DNA from: Basidiobolus meristosporus CBS 931.73
Lineage: Eukaryota; Fungi; Basidiobolomycota
Reading direction: 5' to 3'
NCBI GenBank assembly: GCA_002104905.1
Contig: MCFE01000187.1
Span: forward strand, 62,001 to 126,000
DNA: 64,000 bases
Shown here in pieces: positions 24,960-38,614 of the stretch. Every line of letters starts with the position of its first letter. Within the stretch, counting starts at the first letter, position 1. Made by a program: the position numbers and the translations under genes. Under the pieces are notes generated by a model, which had not been told where the DNA came from, searched no databases, and saw only the letters and a program-made list of their open reading frames with translations.

Positions 24960-27900
24960 TGTTATGATCTGCTGCATGAATATTTAAGTGACATCAGTTT
25001 TTAATTATATCAACTAGTTATTTGTTTAGGTTATCAGTAATATTGATCAAGTCAGTAACATTAGTCAGCAAATGAATCAGTAGATCCTTATCAGACAGAA
25101 ACAGATATAATAGGTTGGATCTAATTGGGTGATGATGATGCACTCAAATGAGTCATCAGCCACAGCCTACATTAGGAAATGCAATTAGTCAGCAATTGAT
25201 CTGGCAAAATGTACATCAGGAGCTGCTGGAATCTCAATAAAGACCAGTTCAAGTTTTAGTGAATACAATACTAGCTAAACTCCCTATTCCTCTACAACTC
25301 TTATACCAAGACTTGTAACATTGGTAGCAGCAATAACCAGAAACATCCCTCCTGAAGTAAGAAGAAGCCTCCCTCAAGATGTCAAAAAATCATGAATGGA
25401 AGAATGCTATGCAACAAATCCTGGCCCAGCAGCAACAGTTACTCCAGATCCTGAGCCAGCAGCAACAAGGAATGACTACCATGGCTCAAAGCCAGCAAAA
25501 CCCTGTCAAGAGCAACTTTGGTGTGAAGGTCAACCGGTACCATGGTAGAGTCAATGAAAACCTGGGAACTTGGCTCTTCCAAATTGAAGAAGCTGTCAAG
25601 GCTAAGGGAATTGCTCCAGAAAGCAAGTTACATTATGCAGTCTCTTACCTGGCATATGCAGCTTTACAGTGGTACCACAACAAGATCAGGTCATCCACCA
25701 TAATAGGATGCTCTACAATTTCTACCTGGGATGAGTTTGTGTTGGAAATTCAGGATGTCCTTGAGCCCCCACACCAACAGACACTACTAAGAAGAAAGTT
25801 GAGGACACTCAAACGGAACGGAATGGTCCAAGTGTAAATCTATGAATATAGGTGTTTACTTGAACAAATTGAGAGAATGAACCCTCTGGATCAAGTTGAA
25901 TACTTTATTGATGGGTTGAAAGAAAGAACTTGTAAGGAAGTGAATTATTGCAGACCTCAAACTATTAAAGAAGCCATCAAGATTGCCATCAACTATGATT
26001 CAGCTATGTTTGGAGCTGGGAAGCCCACAATTACTAATCAGAGAGGCTACAATCACTATGAAAGAAGACAATCAGAAGCTGTGCCAATGGAAATAGATGC
26101 TATGCAGGAGAATCCTACCTCAGAAGAATGTAAGAAGAAAGGACTTTGCTTCAATTGCCACCAGCAAGGACATATTGCAAAGTACTGCCCTCAGAGAAGA
26201 AATGGACACCAGCCATCAAGAAGCTTTAACCATATTGAGGCCATGGGGCATAGTAACATGGAGGATGAACTTGAAGAAGATGCAGGACTCACCTTCCACA
26301 TGACAGAAGAATACCTATCCCAGATGGCCTCACACTCAGGAAAGCTATTATACTTGAATGGAGTAATCAATGGAGTACCTGCCCAGATCATGATTGACTC
26401 AGGAGCATTGCATGAGTACTTGTCATAGCAATTTGCTCTGAAAACTGGAATCAGCTTGTAACCTACCAAATCAACTTCAGTCTCAACCGCTGATGGGAAC
26501 TCTCACATAATTAACCATATTACTCAGCCAGTAAGGATGAAGATCAATGACTATGAAGAAGATCTACAGGCCTATAAATTTGGGAACTGCAAGTTTGACC
26601 TTGTACTTGGGAAAACCTGGCTATTTTGTTGTAATCCATCAATCAATTGGAGAACCCATGTTACTCAGATCCAGAAGGACAACAAGACCTATGAGCTATT
26701 ACCTGCCAGACTGGATTTTAGCTTGGTCAGTTTAAGTGTGTGTGAGACAAGTGAGCTTAGCAAGTCACAGTTGTGTAGAGCACTAAGAAAAGGCACTCAG
26801 ATGCTCCTCATGGCAGTATTACAGGAGGATTCCTTGACTCCAGTACCCCAGAAGGGCCAGACTCTTTTGAAGGAGTATTCAGACATATTTCCAGAAGAGC
26901 TTGTAAGCCTATAACCAGTCAGAGATGTGGATCACGCCATTGAAACAGGACATAGCCCTCCAGTGAGCAAGACACCTTACAGAATGAGTCCATTGGAGTT
27001 GGAAGAGATGAAGAGACAAATAGATCAGTTACTGGAGCACAGATATATCAGACCCAGCAAGTCACCTTGGGGAGCACCAGTACTTTTTGTGAAGAAGAAG
27101 GATGGAACACTTAGGATGTGAATTGACTACAGAGCCCTTAACTCAGTTACTGTGAAGAATTAGTACCCCATATTATAGATTGATGAGCTCTTGGACCAAT
27201 TCAATGGAGCCACTATTTTCAGCAAGATTGACCTCATGTCAGGATACAACCAGATTAGGGTGAAGCCAGAAGACATCCCTAAGACAGCATTCAGGAACAG
27301 ATATGGACATTATAAGTATTTGCCCCTGCAATATTCATGACCCTGATGCACACTGTCTTCCAGGAGTACCTAGACAAGTTTGTCATAATCTACCTATATG
27401 ATATACTGATATACAGCAAGACAGAAGAAAATCACTTGGTACACATTGAAAAGGTCTTGAAGAAGCTAAGAAAGAACAAGCTTTATGGCAAGCAACCCAA
27501 GTGTGAATTCATCAAGGAATACATTGAATATCTGGGACGCATAGTGACTAGCACAGCAGTAATCTTAGACCCTAAGAAGGTGGAAGTAGTCAAGAATCTG
27601 AAACAGCCCCATAACATATCAGAACTCAGATCATTCCTTGGAATGGCTTCCTATTATTGGAGGTTTGTCAAGTCTTTTGCAAGTATTGCAGCCCCTTTAA
27701 CTGATATCTTCAAGAAAGACAATACCTACAAGTGGGACATAGGTTGTGAGACTGCCTTCCAGATGCTCAAGAATGAACTTACTAAGCTGCCAAGCTTACA
27801 AATAAAAGACTTCAGAAAAGAGTTCACTCTGTGCACAGATGCTTCAGATTATGCAATTGGTGGAGTGTTGAGCAAAGAACACAAGGGAAAGGACTACCCT

Positions 27901-30170
27901 GTTGCCTTTGAATCTAAGAAACTGAACTCAGCAGAACAAAATTATCCAGTCCATGAGAAGGAGATGCTTGCTATAATACACTGTTTGAAGGTATGGAGAT
28001 GGTATATTGAAGGAGTCAAATGCACTGTGAAGACTAATTGTGCCTCCCTCAAGTATATATTTACTCAGAAGGTACTCTCCAGAAGAATGACAAGATGGAG
28101 TGAATACATTCAGCAACTTGACTTGGAGATTGTCTACAGCCCTGGAAGAAACAACACAGTAGCTGATGCCTTATCAAGATTAGATCAAGATGCACAACTC
28201 AACTTGGTGCATGAATCAGATTGGCCTAGCCTATTACCAAAATACTTGGAGGACCAAGCCATCCCTAATGAGGTGGATGAAGATATCAAGAAGATAATCC
28301 AGGATGAAGCCAGCAAATTTGTAATACCGGATGAAACACTCTACTAAATTGTTGATGGAAGCCCTGTTGCCTATTGCCCTTATGTTTCTTGCCTGGACTT
28401 AATACATAAGCTACACAATGGATATGGAAATCTTGGAATTGAAGGAACCTATAGTCTTGTGAAAGCCAGAGCATGGTGGCCCAGAATGAAACAAGATATT
28501 GAGAAGCTAGTGAATACATGCACAAATTGCCAAATCAACCAAGTCCAATCACAGAAAATTGCTGATCTCTTTCCCTTGGAGCCTGCATGACCATTTGAAA
28601 GATGGGGAATTGACTTTATTGGAAGGCTGCCAACTACCAGGAAATGCAGCCACTGGATCCTAGTAGCAATTGATCGCGCTACAAAATGGCCAGTGGCTAA
28701 AGCTGTTTCTATAGCCAGTGAACAAGAAGTTGCAAGTTTCATCTACCAAGAGATCCTTATAAAGTTTGGATGCCCTGTTGTATCCAAGAGAAAGTGTAAT
28801 AAAACTCTTGAATGGTTTAACTGAACCAAAGGGACAATTAGGTGCAGAATCTTAGAATTGTCAGAGAGTGGCAGAAATATTAGCAGAAAGATTCTGATCT
28901 AATATTGGTGTTGGATATAGCTGGGTTGGCTATAAAGTCAATGATATTTGTTTGCTAGGCAGGCTAGGCTTGGTGTTCTTTGGAGTGCTAGATGTACTAG
29001 GCTTGGGTAGAAACTAGAACGGAATTGTTGAATTCTTATTTTTGCTGAGACAGAATCTTAATTTTGTTGAGACACACACTAAACCAAAAGGTTCAGTAAC
29101 CTTTATTTATACTTTTCTGATCATGTTGAATTAGTAAGCGCCAAGGGACTGGATTGATTGAAATCAATTTGGGTGTTCATAGGTGCATAAGATAAATGAA
29201 AATTACATCATCAATCAACTGATGTCTTGGCAATTGCACAGTGGTTGGATAGATCTCAGATGACTAATCACCTGGGAAGGCTTGGCAGATTGGGTGATAA
29301 CGTAATGACCATTTGAAAATAGATCAGGTGTGATAGCTAAAAATAGATTCTGAGGTGGGATAAAATCAACTGTAACTGGGATTTGTTATGTTTGGGTTAG
29401 GGAAAATCAGTTAGGGTACTGGATTTTCAAACAGAGTAAAATTGGCTAAGCTTTAAATGTTGATGCACAACATGCCCTGTAGAGATTCTATCCAATAGAG
29501 GTGCAAACTTTATGGCAAAGACATTGGAAGCTTACCTGGAAATGCAGCAGATCAAATACTTGAAAACCTTGGCATATCACCCCAGAACTAATGGAGTCAG
29601 TGAGTGGTTTAATGGATTATTTGGAAAAATGCTGACCAAGTATGCAAATGGAGTTGTCAGTAGATGGGATGAGTATATAGACGAAGCACTCTTTGCATGC
29701 AGAGTCAGAGTACACAACACCACCCAGCAATCGCCATTTTACGTAGTGTATGGATCTGAACCAAGGATTCCAGGATATCTCACACAACCAAAGCTTACAG
29801 ACACCTTAGAAGATGAACTCAGTCTGCCAAGTAGACACCAGCAACTGGAACAAAGACATCAAGAGGCACAGACCAAAGTATCTCAAAGTGCAGAAAAGAT
29901 GAAGCAGAGATTTGATAATACTATAACACAAGAAGCATTGACAGTTGGGAACCTTGTATTGCTAAGAAACAACACTTGAAAGAAGTTTGAGCCACAATGG
30001 ACAGGACCATTCAAGATCATCAGAGAATGTCCATTTGCAACTTACCTACTAGTAGACAAACAAGGCAATATCCAGGAAGACTTAGTGCATAGGGACAGGC
30101 TCAAGCTTGCAAGACATGCTGATTATACTGAACCATCAAAATATTGATATCACAAGAAAAGAAATTCAAG
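24960..30170 (+). mobile_element. Decayed Ty3/gypsy retrotransposon of the same family as 32019..36956; 5' LTR 24960..25320, 3' LTR missing
   Basis: LTR TGTTATGATCTG...TTGTAACA, PBS TTGGTAGCAGCA. Gag, PR, RT, RH and IN fragments are collinear with the intact copy, with stops (e.g. CGA>TAA at 28345, CGG>TGA at 29977) and a short deletion near 27320. Confidence 0.95.
28776..29472. mobile_element. 697-bp solo LTR (unrelated family) inserted in the decayed integrase
   Basis: Termini TGTTGT...ACAACA. 5-bp TSD TGCCC at 28771-28775 and 29473-29477. Removing it restores the integrase sequence GGATGCCCTGT(A/G)GAGAT. Confidence 0.88.
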
Positions 30171-32018
30171 ACTTTTGACATTGGTAGCAGTAACAACAAT
30201 AATGCTTGCTCCAGAAGAAAGAATAAGGCTCACTCACAATGCTAGAAATCAAAAATGGAAAAATGCTGTGTGGCAAATTTTGTCACAACAATAACAATTA
30301 CTACAGATCCTCAGCCAACTGCAACCAGGAATGACATCTTTGCTGAGAACAGGCAAAGCTCTTTCAAGAGCAACCTTAGTGCCAAGGCCAACTGGTATCA
30401 AGGTAGAGTCAGTGAAAACCAGGGAACTTGTCTTGTCCAAAGTTAAGAAGCTTTTGTGGCAAAAGTAATTGTCCCAGAAGGCTAGTTGCCTCTTGCAGCT
30501 TCATACTTGGTGCAAGTTGCTTAATAGTAGTGCAACAACAAGGTCAGTTCAGCCCATATGATGAAATGCCTTATTATCTCTACCCAGGATGAGCTTGTGT
30601 TGGAAATTCAGGTTGCTTTTAAGTCTTCACATAAGAAAGCACTACTCAGGAGGAGGCAAAAATCACTCAGACAAAAAGAAATGGATCATAAATACATCAA
30701 TGAGTATATATCTTTTTGAACAAATTGAAACCCTATGCAAGCTACTATGAACATCCCATCAAAAGGATGTCATAAATTTAAAGTCCCATGATGTAATGAT
30801 TCCATCAGGAGACCATACAAAGACTGTCAAAAAATAACTGCACCCCAGATTTCACAAAAAACATAGTCAAGATTTTTCATCATAACAATACATAAGTGAC
30901 TTTTGATTGGTTCTCTGCCAATATTATCACTTTCTAATCCTGAACACTTTATTACCTCCTGCATTTGTGTGCATTGATTTGCTGTTGCCTCTTTTCCACA
31001 CTTGTTACTTCCTGACTTGACTGTTTTTTTTACTTTTTATGCATATAACATGATTTTTTCTGTCAAGGCTTCAGTTGTACCTCAATTGCCAACTGTAATG
31101 ACCTATACAAGTCTCTATACCCTACACTAACATTAAGCCCAACACCACACTCAACAAGTCCATCTATTAATAACCACCATTCAATAAGTATTTCTGCTTT
31201 GACACTCTGGTTCCATAACCTTGGCAGGAGCCCTATGGCTTTATGCCACTGTTCATTCACTGGTTTCCATACATCCTGGTATTCAACTGGCACTGCAAGG
31301 TCTAACACCTGATCTGCAGGTCTTTGCAATAAATCCTTGCAATATCTTGGAGAATTCTGTTGATCACTGCTCTTGTAGACCTTATGGCTCTGCTTGTAGT
31401 GGGCTCTTGTGGAAGCCACTGGGTTTTAGCTGATGCACCACTGTTCCTCTGCCTTTGATAGTTTCTGCTATTCTTGAGATACTTTCTTAGCACACCAAAG
31501 CTGTCCCCAAATCTCTTGGCTCTTTTGAGTCCAGGATAATGCTCATGGAACAGTTCCAATGTTTGGTCTTGAGTTCCTGATGGTCCCATGGTATGCTGGC
31601 CTTAAGGTGATGGTGTGCTAGACTTCTGACAGCTTCTTTTATATTTGCCCACTCATCTATTGGCCTTGTGAATATCTACCCACTCTTCATCATTGGACTC
31701 ATTAGCTTCACAGATATTCAAAGTCTTTGGATTTTTAAGCTTGAGCATAAATACTGCATCTTCTCTCTCCTATGCTGTGATAACTTTTTCTGTGAGCCTC
31801 ATCTTTGAGCACTTTTGTTATGTTTCAAAGAGTGTACAACATTTTACTGCTGTAGCATCAGGAAAAGTCATAGTTATTGTCTGTGACATTGAGCAACTTG
31901 AGCACCTTCTCAGCAGCAAAGATACTGCTTTCTCTACCTTGGATATTAATTACTCTACACCTCTCATCTGCCAAAGTTCTTTTTGTTGTAGTTCCTAATC
32001 TCTCTGGGCTGTTGCCTC

Positions 32019-32386
32019 TGTTATGATCTGCCGCTTGAATGTTTAAGTTAGATCAGTTTTTAGTCAAATCAGTTAGTATATGTTTAGGTTATCAGTACAT
32101 CAGTATTATCTATGAAATCAGTAGCATTAGTCAGCAAATGAATCAGCAGATCCTTATCAGACAGAAATAGATATATTAAGTAGGATCTTATTGGGTGATG
32201 ATGATGCAATCAAATGAGTCATCAGCCACAACCTACATTAGGAAATACAATTAGTCAGCAATTGATCTGGCAAAATGTATATAAGGAGCTGCTGGAACCT
32301 CAATAAAAATCAGTTCAAGTTTTAGTGAATACAATACTAGCTAAACTCCCTATTCCTCTACAACTCTTATACCAAGACTTGTAACA
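32019..32386 (+). repeat. 5' LTR
   Basis: TGTTATGATC...TTGTAACA; TATATAAG at 32278; AATAAA at 32302. Confidence 0.97.
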
Positions 32387-32387
32387 T

Positions 32388-32398
32388 TGGTAGCAGCG
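32388..32398 (+). promoter_or_regulatory. Primer binding site TGGTAGCAGCG, probably for initiator tRNA-Met
   Basis: One base after the 5' LTR. Complementary to a tRNA 3' end CGCTGCTACCA and close to the animal iMet PBS TGGTAGCAGAG. The tRNA assignment is inferred. Confidence 0.75.
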
Positions 32399-32444
32399 AT
32401 AACCAGAAACCTCCCTCCTGAAGAAAGAAGAAACCACCCTCAAG

Positions 32445-35400
32445 ATGTCGGACAATCAAGAATGGAAGAATGCCATGCAGCAAATCCTGGCCCAACAGCA
32501 ACAGCTACTCCAGATCCTCAGCCAACAGCAACAAGGAATGACTACCATGGCTCAGAGCCAGCAAAGCCCTATCAAGAGCAACTTTAGTGTGAAGGTCAAC
32601 CGGTACCATGGCAGAGTCAATGAAAACCTGGGAACTTGGCTCTTTCAGATTGAAGAAGCTTTTAAAGCTAAAGGAATTGCTCCAGAGAGCAAGTTGCATT
32701 ATGCAGCTTCTTACCTGGCAGATGCAGCTTTACAGTGGTACCACAACAAGATCAGGTCAGCTACTATGATGGGATGCTCTACAATCTCTACCTGGGATGA
32801 GTTTGTGTCGGAAATTCAGGATGCTTTTGAACCTCCACACCAGCAGACACTACTAAGAAGGAAGTTAAAGACACTCAGACAGAAAGGATTGGTGCAAGAA
32901 TACATCTATGAGTACAGATGTCTACTTGGACAAATTGAAAGAATGGACCCCTTGGATCAAGTTGAATACTTTATTGATGGGTTGAAAGAAAGAACTCGCA
33001 AGGAAGTTAATTACCGAAGACCTCAGACTATTGAAGAAGCCATCAAGATTGCCATTGACTATGACTCAGCTATGTTTGGAGTTGGGAAGCCTACAGTGAC
33101 TAGTCAGAAAGGCTATAATCATTATGAAAGAAGACAATCAGAAGCAGTACCAATGGAAATAGACGCTATGCAGAAGAATCCCTCCTCAGAAGAATGCAAG
33201 AAGAGAGGACTTTGCTTCAATTGCCACCAGCAGGGACATATTGCAAAGTACTGCCCTCAGAGAAGAAATGGACACCAGCCAACAAGAACCTTCAACCATA
33301 TTGAATCCCATGAACACAATAATGAGGAAGATGAGCTTGAAGAAGACTCGGAACTCACCTTCCATATGACAGAAGAGTACTTGTCCCAAATGACTTCAAA
33401 CTCAGGGAAGTTATTGTACCTGAATGGAGCAATCAATGGAGTACCTGCCAAGATCATGATTGACTCAGGAGCATCGCATGAGTACATGTCAGAGCAATTT
33501 GCTTTGAAAGCTGGAATCAACTCGGAACCTACCAAATCAACTTCAGTCTCCACAGCTGATGGGAACTCCCACATAATCAACCGTATTACCCAGCCAGTAA
33601 GAATGAAGATCAATGACTATGAAGAAGACCTACAGGCTTATATATTTGGGAACTGCAAGTTTGACCTTGTACTTGGGAAAACCTGGCTATTTTGTTGTAA
33701 TCCATCAATCAACTGGAGAACCCATGCTACTCAGATCCAAAAAGACAACAAGACCTATGAGCTATTACCTGCCAGGCTGGATTTCAACTTGGTCAATTCC
33801 AGTGTGTGTGAGACAAGTGAACTTAGCAAGACCCAGTTCTGTAGAGCACTTAGAAAAGGTACCCAGATGTTCCTCATGGCGGTATTACAGGAGGATTCCT
33901 CTATCCCAGCACCCCAGCAGGTCCAGACTCTCTTGAAGAAATATTCAGACGTGTTTCCAGATGAGCTTGTAAGCCTACCACCAGTCAGAGACGTGGATCA
34001 TGCCATTGACACAGGAGATAGCCCTCCAGTGAGCAAGACACCTTACAGAATGAGTCCATTGGAATTGGAGGAAATGAAGAAACAAATTGATCAGCTATTG
34101 GAGCAAGGATACATCAGGCCCAGCAAGTCACCTTGGGGAGCACCAGTGCTTTTTGTGAAAAAGAAGGATGGAACACTTAGGATGTGCATTGACTACAGAG
34201 CCCTGAACTCAGTTACCGTCAAGAATAAGTACCCCATACCTCGGATTGATGAGCTTTTGGACCAACTTAATGGAGCCACTATTTTCAGCAAGATTGACCT
34301 CATGTCAGGATACAACCAGATTAGGGTGAAACCAGAAGATATCCCTAAGACAGCATTCAGGACCAGATATGGACATTACGAGTACTTAGTCATGAGTTTT
34401 GGCCTCACTAATGCCCCTGCAACATTCATCACGCTGATGCAGACTGTCTTTCAGGAGTACTTAGACAAGTTTGTGATAATCTACCTGGATGACATATTGA
34501 TATACAGCAAGACAGAAAAGGATCACATGGTGCACATTGAAAAGGTCTTGAAGAAACTAAGAGAGAACAAGCTATACGGCAAGCTAGCCAAGTGTGAATT
34601 CTTCAAGGAACACGTAGAATATCTGGGACACATAGTGACTAGCACAGGAGTAACCTTAGACCCCAAGAAGGTGGAAGTAATCAAGAATTTGAAGCAGCCC
34701 CATAGCATATCAGAACTCAGATCCTTCCTTGGAATGGTTTCCTATTATCGGAGATTTGTCAAGTCATTTGCAAGTATTGCAGCCCCTTTAACTGATATCC
34801 TCAAGAAAGACAATACCTACAAGTGGGACATAGCTTGTGAGACTGCCTTCCAGACACTAAAGAATGAACTTGCTAAGCTGCCAAGCTTAAGAATACCAGA
34901 CTTCAGAAAAGAGTTCACTCTGTGCACAGATGCTTCAGATTATGCAATTGGTGGAGTGCTGAGCCAAGAACACGAGGGAAAGGACTACCCTGTTGCCTTT
35001 GAATCCAAGAAACTGAACTCAGCAGAACAAAACTATCCAGTTCATGAGAAGGAGATGCTTGCTATAATACACTGTTTGAAGACATGGAGATGCTATATTG
35101 AAGGAGTCAAATGCACTGTGAAGACTGATCATGCCTCCCTCAAGTATATATTTACTCAGAAGGTACTCTCTAGAAGAATGACAAGATGGAGTGAATACAT
35201 TCAGCAATTTGACCTGGAGATTGTCTACTGTCCTGGAAAAAACAACACGGTTGCTGATGCCTTATCAAGATTAGATCAAGTTGCACAACTCAACTTGGTG
35301 CATGAATCAGATTGGCCTAGCCTATTACCAAAGTACTTGGAGGACCAAGCCATTCCTAATGAGGTGGATGAAGATATCAAGAAGATAATCCGTGATGAGG

Positions 35401-36578
35401 CCAGCAAATTTGTTGTACAGAATGAAACACTCTACCGAATTGTTGATGGAAGCCCTATTGCCTATTGTCCTTATGTTGCTCGCCTGGATTTAATACATAA
35501 GCTACACAATGGATATGGACATCTTGGGATTGAAGGAACCTATAGCCTTGTAAAAGCCAGAGCATGGTGGCCCAGAATGAAACAAGACATTGAGAAGCTA
35601 GTAAAAACATGCCCAAACTGCCAAATCAATCAAGGCCAGCCACAAAGAATTGCCGAACTCTTCCCTTTGGAGCCTGTAAGACCATTTGAGAGATGGGGAA
35701 TTGACTTTATTGGAAGACTGCCAACTACCAGGAAATGCAACCGTTGGATCCTAGTAGCAATTGACCATGCCACTAAATGGCCAGTTGCTAAAGCTGTACC
35801 AATAGCCAGTGAACAAGAAGTTGCAAGTTTCATTTACCATGAGATCCTGATGAAGTTTGGATGCCCTGTGGAGATCTTATCCGATAGAGGTGCAAACTTT
35901 ATGGCAAAGACATTAGAGGCTTACCTGGAAATGCAGCAGATCAGACACTTGAAAACCTCGGCATATCACCCCAGAACTAATGGAGTCACTGAGCGGTTTA
36001 ATGGATTATTTGGAAAAATGCTGACCAAGTATGCAAATGGAGTTGTCAGTAGATGGGATGAGTATATAGACCAAGCACTCTTTGCATGCAGAGTCAGAGT
36101 ACACAACACCACCCAGCAATCACCATTTTACTTAGTTTATGGATGTGAACCAAGGATTCCAGGAGATCTCACACAACCAAAGCTTACAGACACCTTAGAA
36201 GATGAACTCAGTCAGCCAAGTAGACACCAGCAACTGGAACAAAGACGTCAAGAGGCACAGACCAAAGTATCTCAAAGTGCAGAAAAGATGAAGCAGAGAT
36301 TTGATAAGACTATAGCACCAGAAGCATTGACAGTTGGGAACTTTGTATTGCTAAGAAACAACACTCGGAAGAAGTTTGAGCCACAATGGACAGGACCATT
36401 CAAGATCATCAGAGAATGTCCATTTGCAACTTACCAACTGGTGGACAAACAAGGCAATATCCGGGAAGACTTAGTGCATAGGGACAGACTCAAGCTTGCA
36501 AGACTTGCTGATAATACTGAACCATCAAGATATTGGTATCACAAGAAAAGAGATTCAGGAGAACTCTCTCAACTTTAG
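32445..36578 (+). CDS. Gag-Pol polyprotein, 1377 aa (Gag-CCHC-PR-RT-RNaseH-IN)
   Basis: [14 protein letters not shown] zinc knuckle; IDSGAS protease; [11 protein letters not shown]; [11 protein letters not shown] RNase H; HNGYGH...CPNC and WGIDF...SDRG...ERFN integrase; WTGPF (GPY/F) motif. No chromodomain. The RT-RH-IN order is Ty3/gypsy. Confidence 0.97.
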   Translation: MSDNQEWKNAMQQILAQQQQLLQILSQQQQGMTTMAQSQQSPIKSNFSVKVNRYHGRVNENLGTWLFQIEEAFKAKGIAPESKLHYAASYLADAALQWYHNKIRSATMMGCSTISTWDEFVSEIQDAFEPPHQQTLLRRKLKTLRQKGLVQEYIYEYRCLLGQIERMDPLDQVEYFIDGLKERTRKEVNYRRPQTIEEAIKIAIDYDSAMFGVGKPTVTSQKGYNHYERRQSEAVPMEIDAMQKNPSSEECKKRGLCFNCHQQGHIAKYCPQRRNGHQPTRTFNHIESHEHNNEEDELEEDSELTFHMTEEYLSQMTSNSGKLLYLNGAINGVPAKIMIDSGASHEYMSEQFALKAGINSEPTKSTSVSTADGNSHIINRITQPVRMKINDYEEDLQAYIFGNCKFDLVLGKTWLFCCNPSINWRTHATQIQKDNKTYELLPARLDFNLVNSSVCETSELSKTQFCRALRKGTQMFLMAVLQEDSSIPAPQQVQTLLKKYSDVFPDELVSLPPVRDVDHAIDTGDSPPVSKTPYRMSPLELEEMKKQIDQLLEQGYIRPSKSPWGAPVLFVKKKDGTLRMCIDYRALNSVTVKNKYPIPRIDELLDQLNGATIFSKIDLMSGYNQIRVKPEDIPKTAFRTRYGHYEYLVMSFGLTNAPATFITLMQTVFQEYLDKFVIIYLDDILIYSKTEKDHMVHIEKVLKKLRENKLYGKLAKCEFFKEHVEYLGHIVTSTGVTLDPKKVEVIKNLKQPHSISELRSFLGMVSYYRRFVKSFASIAAPLTDILKKDNTYKWDIACETAFQTLKNELAKLPSLRIPDFRKEFTLCTDASDYAIGGVLSQEHEGKDYPVAFESKKLNSAEQNYPVHEKEMLAIIHCLKTWRCYIEGVKCTVKTDHASLKYIFTQKVLSRRMTRWSEYIQQFDLEIVYCPGKNNTVADALSRLDQVAQLNLVHESDWPSLLPKYLEDQAIPNEVDEDIKKIIRDEASKFVVQNETLYRIVDGSPIAYCPYVARLDLIHKLHNGYGHLGIEGTYSLVKARAWWPRMKQDIEKLVKTCPNCQINQGQPQRIAELFPLEPVRPFERWGIDFIGRLPTTRKCNRWILVAIDHATKWPVAKAVPIASEQEVASFIYHEILMKFGCPVEILSDRGANFMAKTLEAYLEMQQIRHLKTSAYHPRTNGVTERFNGLFGKMLTKYANGVVSRWDEYIDQALFACRVRVHNTTQQSPFYLVYGCEPRIPGDLTQPKLTDTLEDELSQPSRHQQLEQRRQEAQTKVSQSAEKMKQRFDKTIAPEALTVGNFVLLRNNTRKKFEPQWTGPFKIIRECPFATYQLVDKQGNIREDLVHRDRLKLARLADNTEPSRYWYHKKRDSGELSQL

Positions 36579-36588
36579 TAGGGGAGAA
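36578..36588 (+). promoter_or_regulatory. Polypurine tract
   Basis: GTAGGGGAGAA directly abutting the 3' LTR. Confidence 0.85.
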
Positions 36589-36956
36589 TGTTATGATCTG
36601 CCGCTTGAATGTTTAAGTTAGATCAGTTTTTAGTCAAATCAGTTAGTATATGTTTAGGTTATCAGTACATCAGTATTATCTATGAAATCAGTAGCATTAG
36701 TCAGCAAATGAATCAGCAGATCCTTATCAGACAGAAATAGATATATTAAGTAGGATCTTATTGGGTGATGATGATGCAATCAAATGAGTCATCAGCCACA
36801 ACCTACATTAGGAAATACAATTAGTCAGCAATTGATCTGGCAAAATGTATATAAGGAGCTGCTGGAACCTCAATAAAAATCAGTTCAAGTTTTAGTGAAT
36901 ACAATACTAGCTAAACTCCCTATTCCTCTACAACTCTTATACCAAGACTTGTAACA
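36589..36956 (+). repeat. 3' LTR
   Basis: 368 bp; same sequence as 32019..32386. Confidence 0.97.
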
Positions 36957-37551
36957 CCTCTACACTATCAGCCACTGCACCTCTATACCTCATTGATGAT
37001 TTGTTATGAGCTGACAACTTATTCACTAATGCAGGTGGTGGTGAAGTTACACCAGCCACCTACTGGTCTTCAGCTGAAGGTACTGCTTTTGCTACCTTCC
37101 CATCTGCCTCAGCAAGATAGTCAGCTTCTGGCTCCACAGGGATTCTCAATTGCCTACTAGACTGAGAGTCCAAGGAGTCTGAACTACTACCTCCAGTGGG
37201 CACACTGGCCACAGAGCCTTTTTTGATTGTAGCCCTGCTTGTTACACTGAGTGTCAAAGCAAGCTGTTGTCCAACTGTTCTTCTGCTTATCTCAGCTGTG
37301 GTGTTTAGCTGCAAACCAGACAACTTTGCTTTATTTTTTGGCAGCATGTATATGGAAGTAAGTCAAACCAAAGGGGAAATAGAGTTGCATATACATGCAT
37401 ATTTGATACCACAACCTTATTGATAATGCTTACTATGGCAGGTTGTCATTAAAGTTTACAATCATGTAGGTGCAATGTCTTAAACACAAGACTCTCTTAA
37501 ACTTACATGAGTAGTGGCAATTACAGCAAGCCTCTCAGCAACAGAGCATGC

Positions 37552-38614
37552 TGTAGTGTGGTCACAGCAACACCCACCAACAGATGTGATCATTCCTATA
37601 TTTTCAACTTCCCTGTTTCTCTACTACACATATTTTAGTTTGATCCAATTTGTCTTACCTGATCAGTACTATCCCATAAGCTGGTTTACTATCATACCTG
37701 CATACCTTATTGCATAAGTTATCCCCCACTTTCTGTGAGATTACTAGCAGTAAATGCTTCTATATTAGGTAGGTACCCGCGCCAGTAACTTAGACACATG
37801 ATCTACCTGTGTCACCATCTCTACCATTTCAATACCATATATGATATACCCTTGTTACACAGGTTTCAGAGCACCAATTCTGATTGGTTGGATGTGCTGT
37901 GCCACTTACAACCTTCCAGCATCTACTGAGAATACTCTTAGCTCATTCTGATATCATTAAGATTTCTATTGATCTCTGTAGCCTTCTGAAACACCATGAT
38001 TAGTAGTCACTTAGCCAGTGAGAAAATTATATCAGAGAGGCAATCCCTCAATAATAAATCATCTTCCCTTGTATCAGTATACCAACTTGTTAATTAGTGT
38101 GATCTCTGTTACCTGCTGCTACCTAAACTTCCAGCCACAGGACACTCCCAGGAAACCATGCAGACAGCCAACTGAGCTTGGAGGCACCACTTGTGAGGAA
38201 TACTCAAAGTAGGTATCTTTTATTTTATTTGATTCTTACTCAAGCTTGTTCTTGTACAGGCAAAGATACTTTTCTGTCTTTGTAACTGTTGACCACAGCT
38301 GCATTCTTATCAGGTCCCTGCTGGTGGAGTTTACAGTTGTTTTGACTTTGGAAGCTTTAGTGCATTCTCATCTCAAAGGATGCTGAGCCCAGCACATACT
38401 TTTGTTAAGATGCCAACTAAGTTGGGGATTGTAGCTCAATAGTTTTCCCTTGACAAGCTTGTGGCTTTATTCCCCGTCACATTAGACTAGAGACAGAGCC
38501 CAAGTATTCCTAGCAAGCTTTTGCTAGATGTTATTGCACCCATTGAACACCCCACACACAAAATACTTGAGAAGCATTGGATGTATCTCTCCCTTGGACT
38601 TATACATCACCACA
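37552..38614 (+). mobile_element. Solo LTR, family B (1063 bp)
   Basis: TGTAGTG...CACCACA; flanks ATGC/ACAC; interrupts the 5' part of the transposase. Homologous to 40502, 54675, 57537 and 59214. Confidence 0.88.

Larger units (their letters stand above)
32019..36956 (+). mobile_element. Intact full-length Ty3/gypsy LTR retrotransposon (4938 bp)
   Basis: Two 368-bp LTRs that read identical by eye, TG...CA ends, 4-bp TSD CCTC (32015-32018 and 36957-36960), PBS, PPT, and an uninterrupted gag-pol ORF. Confidence 0.98.

Noticed and set aside
36400-36578. Chromodomain or env-like ORF at the end of the Ty3 element
   Set aside because: The integrase ends shortly after the GPF motif with no chromodomain signature, and the PPT begins at the stop codon, leaving no room for another ORF.
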